DNA of 64,000 nucleotides from Desulfomicrobium sp. (lineage in GTDB: Bacteria > Desulfobacterota > Desulfovibrionia > Desulfovibrionales > Desulfomicrobiaceae): contig JAXGMI010000002.1 in the NCBI GenBank assembly GCA_040768745.1, positions 288,001 to 352,000 on the forward strand, read 5' to 3'. Position numbers and translations under genes: made by a program. The notes below the pieces were generated by a model. That model worked only from the letters and a program-made list of their open reading frames with translations. It was not told where the DNA came from and made no database searches. Below are positions 27,593-37,315 of this stretch, one piece after another. Each line of letters begins with the position of its first letter. Position 1 is the stretch's first letter.

Positions 27593-28096
27593 ATGAAACG
27601 CGTTGCGATGTGTGTTCTCTGTATTGTTTTCATTCTGATGCCTTACATGACCTTGGCCGACAGTAACGCCTCCAACCTCAAACCCGCCCAGGACCAACCC
27701 AGGCCCCAGAGCGTGGATGAAAAAAACGGAACGTCGGTTATCGGAACGAAATTGCCATTGGATATCATCAGCACGGGATCGGACCAAAGCGGTACGCTTC
27801 TGTCCTACAAGTTGAAGGAGGAATTGATGGCCAGCAAACTGTTCACCCTCACAGCGGCCGAAAAAAAGAAATTCGTTCTGCACCTGCAGACCCAGCCTGA
27901 ATTCTCCGACCGGCCATCCATCGCCTCCATATACTCCATTGCCCTGGTCTATCAGGAAGATTCTGGAACATTAACCTATTACTTGAGCCAACTTCAGGGT
28001 CAGGTTCACGCAGATGGCGTTGCCGCTGAAATGCAGAAGATCCTCGAGTGGACGTATTCCAAACTCAAGCGGTATCATTATTTGTTAAGCGATTGA
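27593..28096 (+). CDS. Hypothetical exported protein
   Basis: AAGGAG RBS, signal peptide ending TLA-D, 167 aa. Confidence 0.75.
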   Translation: MKRVAMCVLCIVFILMPYMTLADSNASNLKPAQDQPRPQSVDEKNGTSVIGTKLPLDIISTGSDQSGTLLSYKLKEELMASKLFTLTAAEKKKFVLHLQTQPEFSDRPSIASIYSIALVYQEDSGTLTYYLSQLQGQVHADGVAAEMQKILEWTYSKLKRYHYLLSD

Positions 28097-28198
28097 CATG
28101 GGGTCGATGATGACCATTGCAGAGTTCCCGGTGCATGCCGCGCTGCATCATTCCGGACAAGGCGTTGTTTGTCCCGGCGGTCAACCAGACCTTCCAAA

Positions 28199-30064
28199 TC
28201 ATCGTTTTTCAGCAGCAGGAGATGTCGTCCGCTTGTCGTGCGCAGGGCAGCGCGGGGCCCTGGTCGGCCTTGACCGGGCCAGAAGCACGCCAGACGCAAC
28301 CATCTCCCTGACCTCATTCATGAAATTTTTGTAGGCATATTTTCCCTGTTCCATTTGCTTGAGCTTCTTTTCCCACTCCCCTGTCATTTCCGGTGATGCC
28401 AGTTGAGGCATCATGGAGCACACGACATCCACTGCCCAGCATCCGAGATCCGTTGCCTGAAGGCGTTTACCATCCTTGAGCACGTATTTGCGTCCGAGTA
28501 GGGTTTCAATGATCTGGGCGCGTGTGGCAGGTGTACCCAGACCCCGTTCCTTCATGGCCTCGCGCAACTCCTCGTCATCCACGAGTTTCCCTGCCGTCTC
28601 CATGACTGCAAGGAGCGTAGCGTCAGTGAAGTGTGCCGGCGGCTTGGTTTTGTGCGTGACCAAGGTCAGTTCGCGGACCAGAACATGCTGCTCTTTGCGC
28701 AAATCGGGCAAGGGATTGTCTGCGGATGCACGCCACGGCTCGGCATCGAGCCAGCCCTTTTCCAGATAGGTCCGGCCTGTGCAGCGGAAGCGGTGGCTGG
28801 CCAAGGAGATCCAGAGCGAGGTTGCAGCAAAAATGGAGTCATCCATGAAGGTTGCGGCAAAACGGCGGCAGATCATTTCGTAGATCGCCCACTCCTCCTT
28901 CCTCAATTTCTGGGGATCAGCGCGCAAGGTCGTGGGGATTATGGCGTGATGGTCCGAGACTTTTTTGTCGTTGATGCACTCAAACTTTCTCTTGTCCTCC
29001 TTGATATTGCTCGCTGCCTTTTGCGAAATTTCAGGGAAATGCGGATGAATGGCCCGCAGATTTGCCAAACACTCACGAAAAAGCTCCCGAGTCAGATAGC
29101 GCGAATCCGTGCGCGGATAGGTGATGAGCTTGCGTTTTTCGTAGAGCTCCTGGGCGATGTTCAGGGTCTGCTGAGCTGAAAGGTCGAGCCGCACGTTGGC
29201 ATCCTTCTGCAATGTGGTCAGGTCGTACGGGAGGGGCGGCTTTTGCCTTCCTTTTTTCTTTTCGAGACTCAGTATCTCCCCCCTCTGGCCGGTGCATTCT
29301 GAGACAACGGCCTGCCCGAGGTCTTGATTCCAGATTTGGGAGTCCTTGAACTCAGGGGGAGAGAACCACGTGCCCTTGAAGCTCTGGGCGCTGTTCTCGA
29401 ATTCCCCCTCCACGGTCCAGTAGTTTCTCGACTCGAAGTTTTCGATTTCCCGGCGGCGCTGGACCAAAAGCTTCAAAACCGGGGTCTGGACCCGGCCGAT
29501 GGTGATGAGACTGCCTGCCAGAAGGGTGAAAAGGCGGGAAAAATTCATACCTACCAGCCAATCCGCCTCGGCCCTGGCAAAGGCGGCATGACCCAGACTG
29601 CGTTTCTCCTCGCCTTCAACGAGGTTGCCGAAGGCCTTCAACAGGCCTGTCTCCGTCATATCGTTTGCCCACAGGCGCCTGATGGGTTTGGTGCACCCAG
29701 CCAGATGGTAGATGCGGCGAAAGATAAGCTCTCCCTCGCGTCCGGCGTCCGTGGCGTTGATGACCAGTGTGATGTCATCATTCAGGAGTAGGTTCCGGAC
29801 TACAGCGTATTGCTTGGCTGTGGACGGAAGGACCGTCAAGACGAAGCGCGAGGGCATCATGGGCAATTGGGCCATGGACCAGCGTCCGGACCAGGACGCG
29901 TTCTGGTCACCCGGCTCGGCGATGCTAACCAGATGTCCTACGGCCCAGGTGACCACGTAGCGTTCATTCTCCAGAAAGCCTTCTCCGCGACTGCGCACTC
30001 CGAGAACGCCCGCGAGTTCCCGGGCTACGGATGGTTTTTCGGCGAGGACCAATGTCCTGGGCAC
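28199..30064 (-). CDS. topB: DNA topoisomerase III
   Basis: LAEKPS, ATDAGREGE, GRVQTP, ITYPRTD, GLGTPATR. Confidence 0.93.
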   Translation of the reverse strand: MPRTLVLAEKPSVARELAGVLGVRSRGEGFLENERYVVTWAVGHLVSIAEPGDQNASWSGRWSMAQLPMMPSRFVLTVLPSTAKQYAVVRNLLLNDDITLVINATDAGREGELIFRRIYHLAGCTKPIRRLWANDMTETGLLKAFGNLVEGEEKRSLGHAAFARAEADWLVGMNFSRLFTLLAGSLITIGRVQTPVLKLLVQRRREIENFESRNYWTVEGEFENSAQSFKGTWFSPPEFKDSQIWNQDLGQAVVSECTGQRGEILSLEKKKGRQKPPLPYDLTTLQKDANVRLDLSAQQTLNIAQELYEKRKLITYPRTDSRYLTRELFRECLANLRAIHPHFPEISQKAASNIKEDKRKFECINDKKVSDHHAIIPTTLRADPQKLRKEEWAIYEMICRRFAATFMDDSIFAATSLWISLASHRFRCTGRTYLEKGWLDAEPWRASADNPLPDLRKEQHVLVRELTLVTHKTKPPAHFTDATLLAVMETAGKLVDDEELREAMKERGLGTPATRAQIIETLLGRKYVLKDGKRLQATDLGCWAVDVVCSMMPQLASPEMTGEWEKKLKQMEQGKYAYKNFMNEVREMVASGVLLARSRPTRAPRCPAHDKRTTSPAAEKR

Positions 30065-30429
30065 ATTGTTCTCCTTGTCTTGTTGTGAAAGTCAGCCCCA
30101 AAACGGGGTTCTTTCCTGCGCAAGCTGGTCACCAGGCATCCAGGAGACCGCACAAAGGTGCTCTGGCGTTCCTGTGGACTGCGGGTGCACTCACGCCGAC
30201 GCTCAAGGGGGAAAAAAGGTCTTTTGACTTTTGACAGGCCTACAACAGACGGGGGAGCATGCCTGGACCGGAACGGGGAAATGGCCAGGACCGTACCAGG
30301 CGTAATCGACGCGATAAGCTGAACAGATGATCGGGGACTGCCGCTACACAGGGCCAAGGCTTTCCTCGCCAGCCTATCGGGTGAATCTTGAATCCTGTTC
30401 AGTCTGGGTGGACGTCCTTCGCGAGTGAT

Positions 30430-30822
30430 CTATTTCATCTCGGCAATGACTCTGGTCATCCAGTCGATGTATCCGGCGTCGTACGTGTTGACGATTTCCA
30501 TGCCGCAGATCAAGGTCTTGCCGTCATTGTGCAGAGAGATGTGGACCACGCGTGTGTCCACGGAAAAAAAACGATCCGTGAATTCGATGCGCACCCCTTT
30601 GAGGATGTCTCCGATTTCAAATATTTTGGGATCATTGATGGAAATGCCCACACCGTACATAGAAAGATTGTGAACCGGATAGGTTTTCCGGCCCTCGCTG
30701 AAAGTCACGAGACCAGGCTCGACCGGTATGCGCAGAAATTTGCGATCTTTCTTTCCCTTGACTGGGCCTTCGTTCGTCAGCTCCAAAGCGTTATCACTGC
30801 CTGAGTTGTCGTTCGTTATCAT
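30430..30822 (-). CDS. PilZ-domain protein
   Basis: RKFLR (RxxxR) and NLSMYG (D/NxSxxG) c-di-GMP motifs. Confidence 0.8.
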   Translation of the reverse strand: MITNDNSGSDNALELTNEGPVKGKKDRKFLRIPVEPGLVTFSEGRKTYPVHNLSMYGVGISINDPKIFEIGDILKGVRIEFTDRFFSVDTRVVHISLHNDGKTLICGMEIVNTYDAGYIDWMTRVIAEMK

Positions 30823-31004
30823 GTCTGCCTCGTTCTGCTATGCCGGAGAAAATCAGGACCGGAAGATCGGCCCGTCCAGGGATGGACACAGGCGCCAATG
30901 GCTGGCAATTCACGATCATTGCCCTTGATCTACCTCAAAATCAAGACCAGTTCTTGAGGGAAAGTGGTCCGGATCATGGGGGAAGTACTGTCTGACGGAG
31001 CATC

Positions 31005-31466
31005 ATGAAAAGAGTGAAAATCATCACCGTGGGCAAGGTCAAAAAGAGCTATTGGTCGGAAGCCATTGCCCATTACGAAAAAGTGCTGAGGCCCATGCTG
31101 AGGATTGAAGCCATCATCGTTAAAGACTGCCCCCAGTTCGAGGAAGAGGAAAGAAAGCGGAAGGAGTCAGAGCGCCTGCTGCAGAAACTCGGTCCCAGGG
31201 ACAGACCCATCGCCCTGCATGAAGAGGGGGCCTTGTTCACCTCCGTGGAGTTTGCCAGATTTCTTCAACCCATGTTGGAAAGCCCAGACCAAACCTGCTG
31301 CTTTGTCATTGGAGGGGCGCACGGGCTTTCTCCCGAATTTCTTGAACGCGCCGAACGATTCAGCCTCAGCCCCCTGACCATGCCTCATGAATTGGCTCAA
31401 GCCGTTCTCTACGAGCAGCTTTTCAGGGCCATGACGATTCTCCGCAACCGTACATACCATTACTGA
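31005..31466 (+). CDS. rlmH: 23S rRNA m3Psi1915 methyltransferase
   Basis: ITVGK, FVIGGAHG, LSPLTMPHEL, EQLFRA..I...YH. Confidence 0.93.
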   Translation: MKRVKIITVGKVKKSYWSEAIAHYEKVLRPMLRIEAIIVKDCPQFEEEERKRKESERLLQKLGPRDRPIALHEEGALFTSVEFARFLQPMLESPDQTCCFVIGGAHGLSPEFLERAERFSLSPLTMPHELAQAVLYEQLFRAMTILRNRTYHY

Positions 31467-31515
31467 AGAAAGGGCTCTCCAAAGCCACTCCGGGATCCCA
31501 ACAAAACCCAGGTTC

Positions 31516-33156
31516 TCAATACCTGTGTGCCGCAATTTCGGCCTTGCGGCGGGTCAGGTCCTCAAATACCGCCATGGCCGCGCTGGCCCCCTCGCTTACG
31601 GCCGTGACAATCTGCTGCACCCCGCCGGTAATGTCGCCGGCGGCATAGATTCGCGGCATACTGGTTCTGCCCTGTCGGTCAACCTTGAGGTAGCCTCCGC
31701 TTTCTCGGGCAAGGTCCAGATGATTCACCGCCTCGACGTTGGGCACGATGCCGATGGCCAGGAAAATTCCTTTCACCGGGACCTTCTCGGTCTCTCCGGT
31801 GCTCACGTCCCTGAGCACGATGAATTCGACTCCCCTGTCTCCTCCGATTTCTTCGACCACAGCGTTCCAGCGTACGGGGATGTTTTCGCGGGACACGGAA
31901 TCGATGAGGTGACGCTCCGCCCGGAACTCGTCTCTGCGATGCACGATGAAGACATCCGCTCCCAGGTTCTTGAGATGAAGGGCATCAGTCAGGGCGGTGT
32001 TGCCACCTCCGATGACCGCTACCTGCTTCCCTTTGAATATGTAGCCGTCACAGGAAGCGCAAAAGGACACCCCTTTGCCCATAAGGCGGTCCTCTCCAGG
32101 CACTCCGAGTTTCTTCCATGAAGCCCCGGCAGCGTAAATGACCGCGTCGGCGACATAGACCCGATTCTGGGTAATGACCTCTACGTTTCTGCCGACCTTG
32201 ATTTCGCGAACGTCCTGACCGGTCATGACCGGCACGTATTGCTTGGCCTGCTGGTGAATCATGTCCATGAGCATCTTGCCACCGATGTTGATGAACCCCG
32301 GATAGTTTTCCACTTCGGGCGTAAGGCTGACCTGCCCGCCTATGATGCCCTTTTCCAGGACCACGGCATCGAGACCTGCCCGTCTGGCGTAGATGCCGGC
32401 AGTCAGCCCGGCCGGGCCTGAACCGATGATGACCACGTCACTGGTCCTTACGTCTGGCTCGCCGGTTTCGTCCTCTTCGTGGGCCACATCTTTCGCCTGG
32501 TGCAGGGTGACGAGCTGCAGGACGAAGTCCTGCTCCGGCTCCATGCCCACGGTGGAAAAATGTTCCGCATAAACCGTATGCGGAATGGAACCCACGCCAT
32601 ATTGCTCGGCGAGATCCGGATTCTGGCCCGTTTCGATGCATTCCGCGTCCACGAGACCAGGTTTTTCAACGGCGGTCCTGATGGCATTGAGGCACTGGCC
32701 AGGACAATACGGGCAGGTGGGACTGACAAAAATCTTGATCTGTCTCTGTTCCTGCAGTCCAGCCAGTGTCTTGACGCTGGACTCAGTCAGGTAGCTTTTC
32801 CCGTCAGAAGCCATCTTCAGGGCGTGCAGAAAGGCCTGCCCCTCTTCTCCTGCCGGAGCCCCGGTGAAGCGGATGGAATATTTGTCAGGGGCAATGAGTA
32901 CGGTCGGAAACCGATGTACAGCATATTCGGCATTGGCCGCGGTGTCGTCCTCATGCAGGTTCAAGGCGATCCGGTCTGACAGCAGCGCCATGTCCTGCAG
33001 CAGTTTCTTCGCGAATTCCCCATAGGCTTCGTTCTGTCCGGATTGCAGAAAAAGATGCACAGGAACCATCCCGGTGAATTCGGCAAGATACGCAGAGAGG
33101 GCTTTGCGTTGATCCTCGGGCAGGAACCACTCGTGGGTTTTGATCGATTGGGACAT
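31516..33156 (-). CDS. AhpF-like fusion: tandem thioredoxin-fold N-domain plus thioredoxin reductase
   Basis: CPYC in second Trx fold; IIGSGPAG, GVSFCASCDG, GGGNTA, AAGDI. Confidence 0.9.
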   Translation of the reverse strand: MSQSIKTHEWFLPEDQRKALSAYLAEFTGMVPVHLFLQSGQNEAYGEFAKKLLQDMALLSDRIALNLHEDDTAANAEYAVHRFPTVLIAPDKYSIRFTGAPAGEEGQAFLHALKMASDGKSYLTESSVKTLAGLQEQRQIKIFVSPTCPYCPGQCLNAIRTAVEKPGLVDAECIETGQNPDLAEQYGVGSIPHTVYAEHFSTVGMEPEQDFVLQLVTLHQAKDVAHEEDETGEPDVRTSDVVIIGSGPAGLTAGIYARRAGLDAVVLEKGIIGGQVSLTPEVENYPGFINIGGKMLMDMIHQQAKQYVPVMTGQDVREIKVGRNVEVITQNRVYVADAVIYAAGASWKKLGVPGEDRLMGKGVSFCASCDGYIFKGKQVAVIGGGNTALTDALHLKNLGADVFIVHRRDEFRAERHLIDSVSRENIPVRWNAVVEEIGGDRGVEFIVLRDVSTGETEKVPVKGIFLAIGIVPNVEAVNHLDLARESGGYLKVDRQGRTSMPRIYAAGDITGGVQQIVTAVSEGASAAMAVFEDLTRRKAEIAAHRY

Positions 33157-33199
33157 GACAACCTCCAGATGCGGGGCTGGAAAGATGGTTTTTCATGAT

Positions 33200-33227
33200 A
33201 TGCTAACGCCTCGCCGGGAATTGTCAA
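33200..33227 (-). promoter_or_regulatory. Putative sigma-70 promoter of the TrxR fusion gene
   Basis: Minus strand TTGACA-16 nt-TAGCAT about 45 nt upstream of the start. Confidence 0.45.
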
Positions 33228-33253
33228 AGCCTGGCTGGAGAAGAATGGCCCGT

Positions 33254-34342
33254 TCAGGAAACAACGTCCGAGACGGGAGAGGTTACCAGCTTGTATATGT
33301 GTTCGTAATCCGCATGCATGCGCGATGTATCGTGCTGCTGCGCATCGACGTGTCCCTGCTTGGCAAGGGTATTCTGCAGGTGAGGATCGGAGCGCAACCG
33401 GTGCAGTTGAACCGCCAGATCGGCTGGGTCGCCATTACTGAAAACCAACCCGTTTTTGCCCGGCACAACCAGTTCGAGGTTGGCGCGCAGGTCGGAGCAG
33501 ACCACCGGAACACCCGAGGCCCATGCCTCTTTGATGACCCCGCTGGAGCCCTCTCCATGGACCGATGGCACGACGAGGATGTCGAGAAAGGGCAAAACAT
33601 CGGGACTTTCCACATGTCCTTTCCAGACAATGCGCTGCGCAATTCCGTGTTCCGCTGCAAGCGTCCGCAAGGATTTTTCAAGATGGCCAGTCCCCACTAC
33701 CCATATTTCCGGGACGTCGTGCAGAAGTTTCAGGGCCGCGAAAAACTGGGCGTGTCCTTTCTGGGGAGAAAGAGCGCCGATGATCCCGATGCGCCCGATG
33801 TTGCCTTCTCTGCGGAACGAATACCGTTTCAATGAAATGGCGCTGGGAATGACAGCAGTGCGGGAGATCCCCGCCCTGCGCACCACTGCTTCCACGTCCC
33901 TGCTGACACATACGACCGTGTCGCCGAGAGCATATTTCCAGCGGCTCCAGCCCTGGCCAAGGGCGTAGGAGACGCGCCTGGTGTGCACCAGGAAAAAATC
34001 CCGCCGCATCAAGGCGACAAGTCCCCCCAGAGAGGCGGCACGGGCGTCATGGGTATGCAGGAGTGCGGAGGGCTTGAGTGCCCTGGACAAGGCGAAGAGG
34101 TTGCGAGGAGCGAAGTCCCAACGGCATGGCAAGGCCAGGATGGGGATACCCTCCTTGCAGGCCGCGTCCAGAATGGGTGCGGTCCGGGGAGAGGCAATGC
34201 GTGTCTGCATCCCTGCCTGGAGCTGCTCCATGGCCAGATAGAGGACCTGCCGTTGCCCGCCGCGCAATTCGCATCCCAGGTCCAGATGTGTGACCGCCGG
34301 GCCTGTTCCACGAAAATCGCCGAGGGGTTTTGTCATGTGCAT
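33254..34342 (-). CDS. Glycosyltransferase family 4
   Basis: RGGQRQ, HTHD, HTRR, KGH, EGSSGVIKEAWASGVPVV. Confidence 0.88.
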   Translation of the reverse strand: MHMTKPLGDFRGTGPAVTHLDLGCELRGGQRQVLYLAMEQLQAGMQTRIASPRTAPILDAACKEGIPILALPCRWDFAPRNLFALSRALKPSALLHTHDARAASLGGLVALMRRDFFLVHTRRVSYALGQGWSRWKYALGDTVVCVSRDVEAVVRRAGISRTAVIPSAISLKRYSFRREGNIGRIGIIGALSPQKGHAQFFAALKLLHDVPEIWVVGTGHLEKSLRTLAAEHGIAQRIVWKGHVESPDVLPFLDILVVPSVHGEGSSGVIKEAWASGVPVVCSDLRANLELVVPGKNGLVFSNGDPADLAVQLHRLRSDPHLQNTLAKQGHVDAQQHDTSRMHADYEHIYKLVTSPVSDVVS

Positions 34343-35283
34343 GCAAGAGGATGGGCATGGGCCCTGCGGTCGGCCACGAGGAGTGCCCGCAATCGCCGGC
34401 TGACCGGACCGGGCTGCCCGTCGCCGATCACGCGCCCGTTGTAACGGACTACGCTGACCGCGTCGATGCTCGTACCGAGCAAGATGATCTCCCGGCAGGC
34501 ATATAGCTCTTCCTCCGGCACTGGTCGGGTGATGGCGGGGGTGAATTGCTGCGCCAGATGCATGGCCCGGGCCAGGGTGGTCCCGGTCAGGGCGTTTTTC
34601 AGTTCCGGAACGACAAAGAACCCCTCATGGTCCACAAGGACCGCGTTCTCCGTCGATCCCTCAGCCAAAAACCCCTCCTCATCGAAACACAGGGGGTAAT
34701 CCGCTCCCTGCTCGACAGCGTCCATCTTCATCAGCACATTGGGCAGGTAATTGACACTCTTGATTTTGGACATCCATCCCTGCTTGGCAGGGATGCGGGT
34801 GCGCACAGCGCTGACGCCCTTTTCCCAGAAGGCTTCCGACTTGCAAGCGAAACGTTTGGCCACGATATAGAGGCTTGGCGAGGGGCACTCGCGGGTATCC
34901 AGGGTGAATCCGCCGGGGCCGCGCCCCAGAAAGATGAGCGCATTACCGGCGCTGGCGCCGCTGGCCAAGCAGACCTGCCGCACCAGCGCGTTCAGTTCAG
35001 CTGCGCTGACCGGAAAAGCGAGGTTGATGGCCTGGGCTGAACGGGCCAGGCGATGGATATGCTCGTCCAGTTGATAGATGGCCCCATCTTCGAAGCGTAA
35101 CGCCTCGAACACCCCGTCACCTCGATGGACTAGGTGGTCGTCCAGGGGTATGAGCATCAACCTGGGGTTGGTGAAAATCGCGCCCAGCCGATGATCGTAA
35201 AAGGCCAGGGTATTCTCTTCGCCTGGACGGGGAAGCGTGCGCACACGTTCCCAAAAAAAATCCTCGGTACCTATCTCGACCAT
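34333..35283 (-). CDS. Class IV PLP aminotransferase family (Dat/IlvE/PabC-like)
   Basis: RGDGVFE, KSVNYL, EGSTEN, LTGTT. Confidence 0.9.
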   Translation of the reverse strand: MVEIGTEDFFWERVRTLPRPGEENTLAFYDHRLGAIFTNPRLMLIPLDDHLVHRGDGVFEALRFEDGAIYQLDEHIHRLARSAQAINLAFPVSAAELNALVRQVCLASGASAGNALIFLGRGPGGFTLDTRECPSPSLYIVAKRFACKSEAFWEKGVSAVRTRIPAKQGWMSKIKSVNYLPNVLMKMDAVEQGADYPLCFDEEGFLAEGSTENAVLVDHEGFFVVPELKNALTGTTLARAMHLAQQFTPAITRPVPEEELYACREIILLGTSIDAVSVVRYNGRVIGDGQPGPVSRRLRALLVADRRAHAHPLACT

Positions 35284-35366
35284 GTTCTCTCCTGCCCTGC
35301 TCGCAAAACACGCCCCAAGCCGTCTCCGGGTCGGGGCGTGCGCAGAAAGAAAATCGACAAAATGAA

Positions 35367-36392
35367 TCAGGGAACGCGGAGCAGATTCCGTTGCAGCAGA
35401 ACTTCGGCAATCTGTACTGTATTGAGGGCTGCGCCCTTGCGGATGTTGTCTGCCACGATGAACATGTTCAACCCGTTGGCAATACTCTCATCCTCACGGA
35501 TGCGCCCCACAAAGGTTTCGTCCATGCCGGCCGCCACAATGGGCATGGGATAGATCTTCTCGCCAGGGTTGTCGTAGACGCGTACGCCCGGCGCCTGGGA
35601 CAAGATGGCCCGGGCCTCTTTGGAGGTCAGCTTTTTTTCTGTTTCGATGTTCACGCTTTCGCTGTGACCATAGAAGACGGGCACACGTACCGTGGTGGCC
35701 GTGACCCGTATAGAATCGTCACCCATGATCTTCTTGGTCTCATGGACCATTTTCATTTCTTCTTTGGTATATTCATTGTCCAGGAAAACGTCGATCTGGG
35801 GCAGGCAGTTGAATGCGATGCGGTGCGGATAGACGTTGCACACGGCGTCCTGGCCGTTGAAAAGCTGCCGCACCTGGGTCTCCAACTCGACAATGGCCTT
35901 TTGTCCTGTTCCTGACACAGCTTGATAGGTGGATACGACAATGCGCTTGATTTTGGCTGCGTCGTGCAGGGGCTTCAAAGCCACGACCATCTGGATGGTC
36001 GAACAGTTGGGGTTGGCGATAATGCCTTTGTGCCAGGCTAGGTCGTCAGGATTGACCTCTGGCACGACCAGGGGCACAGCCGGATCCATTCGCCAGGCAC
36101 TGGAATTATCCACCACCACGCAACCGGATTTGACCGCGCAGGGGGCGTATTTCTCTGAAGTGGAACCGCCGGCGGAAAACAGGGCCAAGTCCACACCCTC
36201 AAAAGATTTTTCGGTCAGTTCCTGAACCGTGAGTCTGGAGGATCCGAACTCCAAGGCGTTGCCGGCGGAACGGGAAGAAGCCAGAGCCCGCACCTCAGCG
36301 TGGGGGAAATTTCTGCGCTTAAGGGTCTCGAGCATTTCCCTGCCCACGGCGCCTGTCGCACCAACCACAGCCACAACTGGATTCTTTTTCAT
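35367..36392 (-). CDS. asd: Aspartate-semialdehyde dehydrogenase
   Basis: VGATGAVG, DNSSAWR, ANPNCST, YQAVSG, DNIRKGAA; GGAGG before ATG. Confidence 0.97.
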   Translation of the reverse strand: MKKNPVVAVVGATGAVGREMLETLKRRNFPHAEVRALASSRSAGNALEFGSSRLTVQELTEKSFEGVDLALFSAGGSTSEKYAPCAVKSGCVVVDNSSAWRMDPAVPLVVPEVNPDDLAWHKGIIANPNCSTIQMVVALKPLHDAAKIKRIVVSTYQAVSGTGQKAIVELETQVRQLFNGQDAVCNVYPHRIAFNCLPQIDVFLDNEYTKEEMKMVHETKKIMGDDSIRVTATTVRVPVFYGHSESVNIETEKKLTSKEARAILSQAPGVRVYDNPGEKIYPMPIVAAGMDETFVGRIREDESIANGLNMFIVADNIRKGAALNTVQIAEVLLQRNLLRVP

Positions 36393-36408
36393 CATCGCCT
36401 CCAAAAAG

Positions 36409-37296
36409 TTACTGGCGTCCGTCCCGGAGACTGAAATCCCTCCAGATTTCCAGGCAGGTATCGGCTTTGTTGAGAGTGTAGAGATGCACCCCGGGGGCCC
36501 CGCGGTCAAGCAGATTTCGGACCTGGGCCTTGGCATAGCCAAGCCCGAGGCCGCGCACGCCGCTTTCCCCGTAGGTTGCCTGAACATGTTCGAGATCCCG
36601 CATGAACCCCTCCGGCACGGTGGCGCCACAGAAGGACAGCATGCGTTTCAGAGCCGGCAGGTTCTGGACCGGCAGGATGCCAGGGATGATGGGCACGTTT
36701 ATGCCTATTGCTCGAGCCCTGCCCACGAAATCGAAATAGGCGTCGTTGTCGAAAAAAAGCTGGGTGATGATGAAATCCGCCCCGCTGTCAACCTTGTGTC
36801 GCAGATGCTGCAGGTCTTTCTCCGCGGATGCGGCCTCGGGGTGTTTCTCAGGGTACCCCGCCACGCCGATGCTGAACGATGGAAAGTCCTTGCGGATGAA
36901 GCTTACCAGGTCGCTCCCATGCTGGAAATCGTCGCTGTCCGGAACAAAGGCCGTCTCTCCGCGGGGGGGATCCCCACGCAAGGCCAGCACGTTGTCCACC
37001 CTCGCTTCGTTCAAGCCCCGCATAAACGAGGCAAGACGGGCCACATCGGCGCCGACGCAGGTCAGGTGGGCCAGGGGCTCCAGGCCGTATTCCTGTTTCA
37101 TGCGGGCCACGATTTCAAGGGTGTTATGCTGGGTGCTCCCGCCCGCGCCGTAGGTCACTGAACAAAAAAGTGGGGCCAGGGTCTTCAGCTGACGCACCAC
37201 ATCGAAAAAGCCGGGCCATTGTCCGCGGTCCTTGGGAGGAAAGAATTCCAAAGACAAGAAGGGTTCCTGCCGGTTCAGCAGTGAGCCGATATGCAC
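36409..37296 (-). CDS. metF: Methylenetetrahydrofolate reductase
   Basis: SLEFFPPK, SVTYGAGG, LALRGD, ITQLFFD, HLYTLN. Confidence 0.96.
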   Translation of the reverse strand: MHIGSLLNRQEPFLSLEFFPPKDRGQWPGFFDVVRQLKTLAPLFCSVTYGAGGSTQHNTLEIVARMKQEYGLEPLAHLTCVGADVARLASFMRGLNEARVDNVLALRGDPPRGETAFVPDSDDFQHGSDLVSFIRKDFPSFSIGVAGYPEKHPEAASAEKDLQHLRHKVDSGADFIITQLFFDNDAYFDFVGRARAIGINVPIIPGILPVQNLPALKRMLSFCGATVPEGFMRDLEHVQATYGESGVRGLGLGYAKAQVRNLLDRGAPGVHLYTLNKADTCLEIWRDFSLRDGRQ

Positions 37297-37315
37297 GAGC
37301 TGTCCTCCTTCCTGG

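Noticed and set aside
28199..30064. topB as a marker of a conjugative element
   Set aside because: No transfer, relaxase or integrase genes nearby
30380..30410. 6S RNA-like CTTGAA...GTTCAG segment
   Set aside because: The resemblance is too short and the usual gene context is absent
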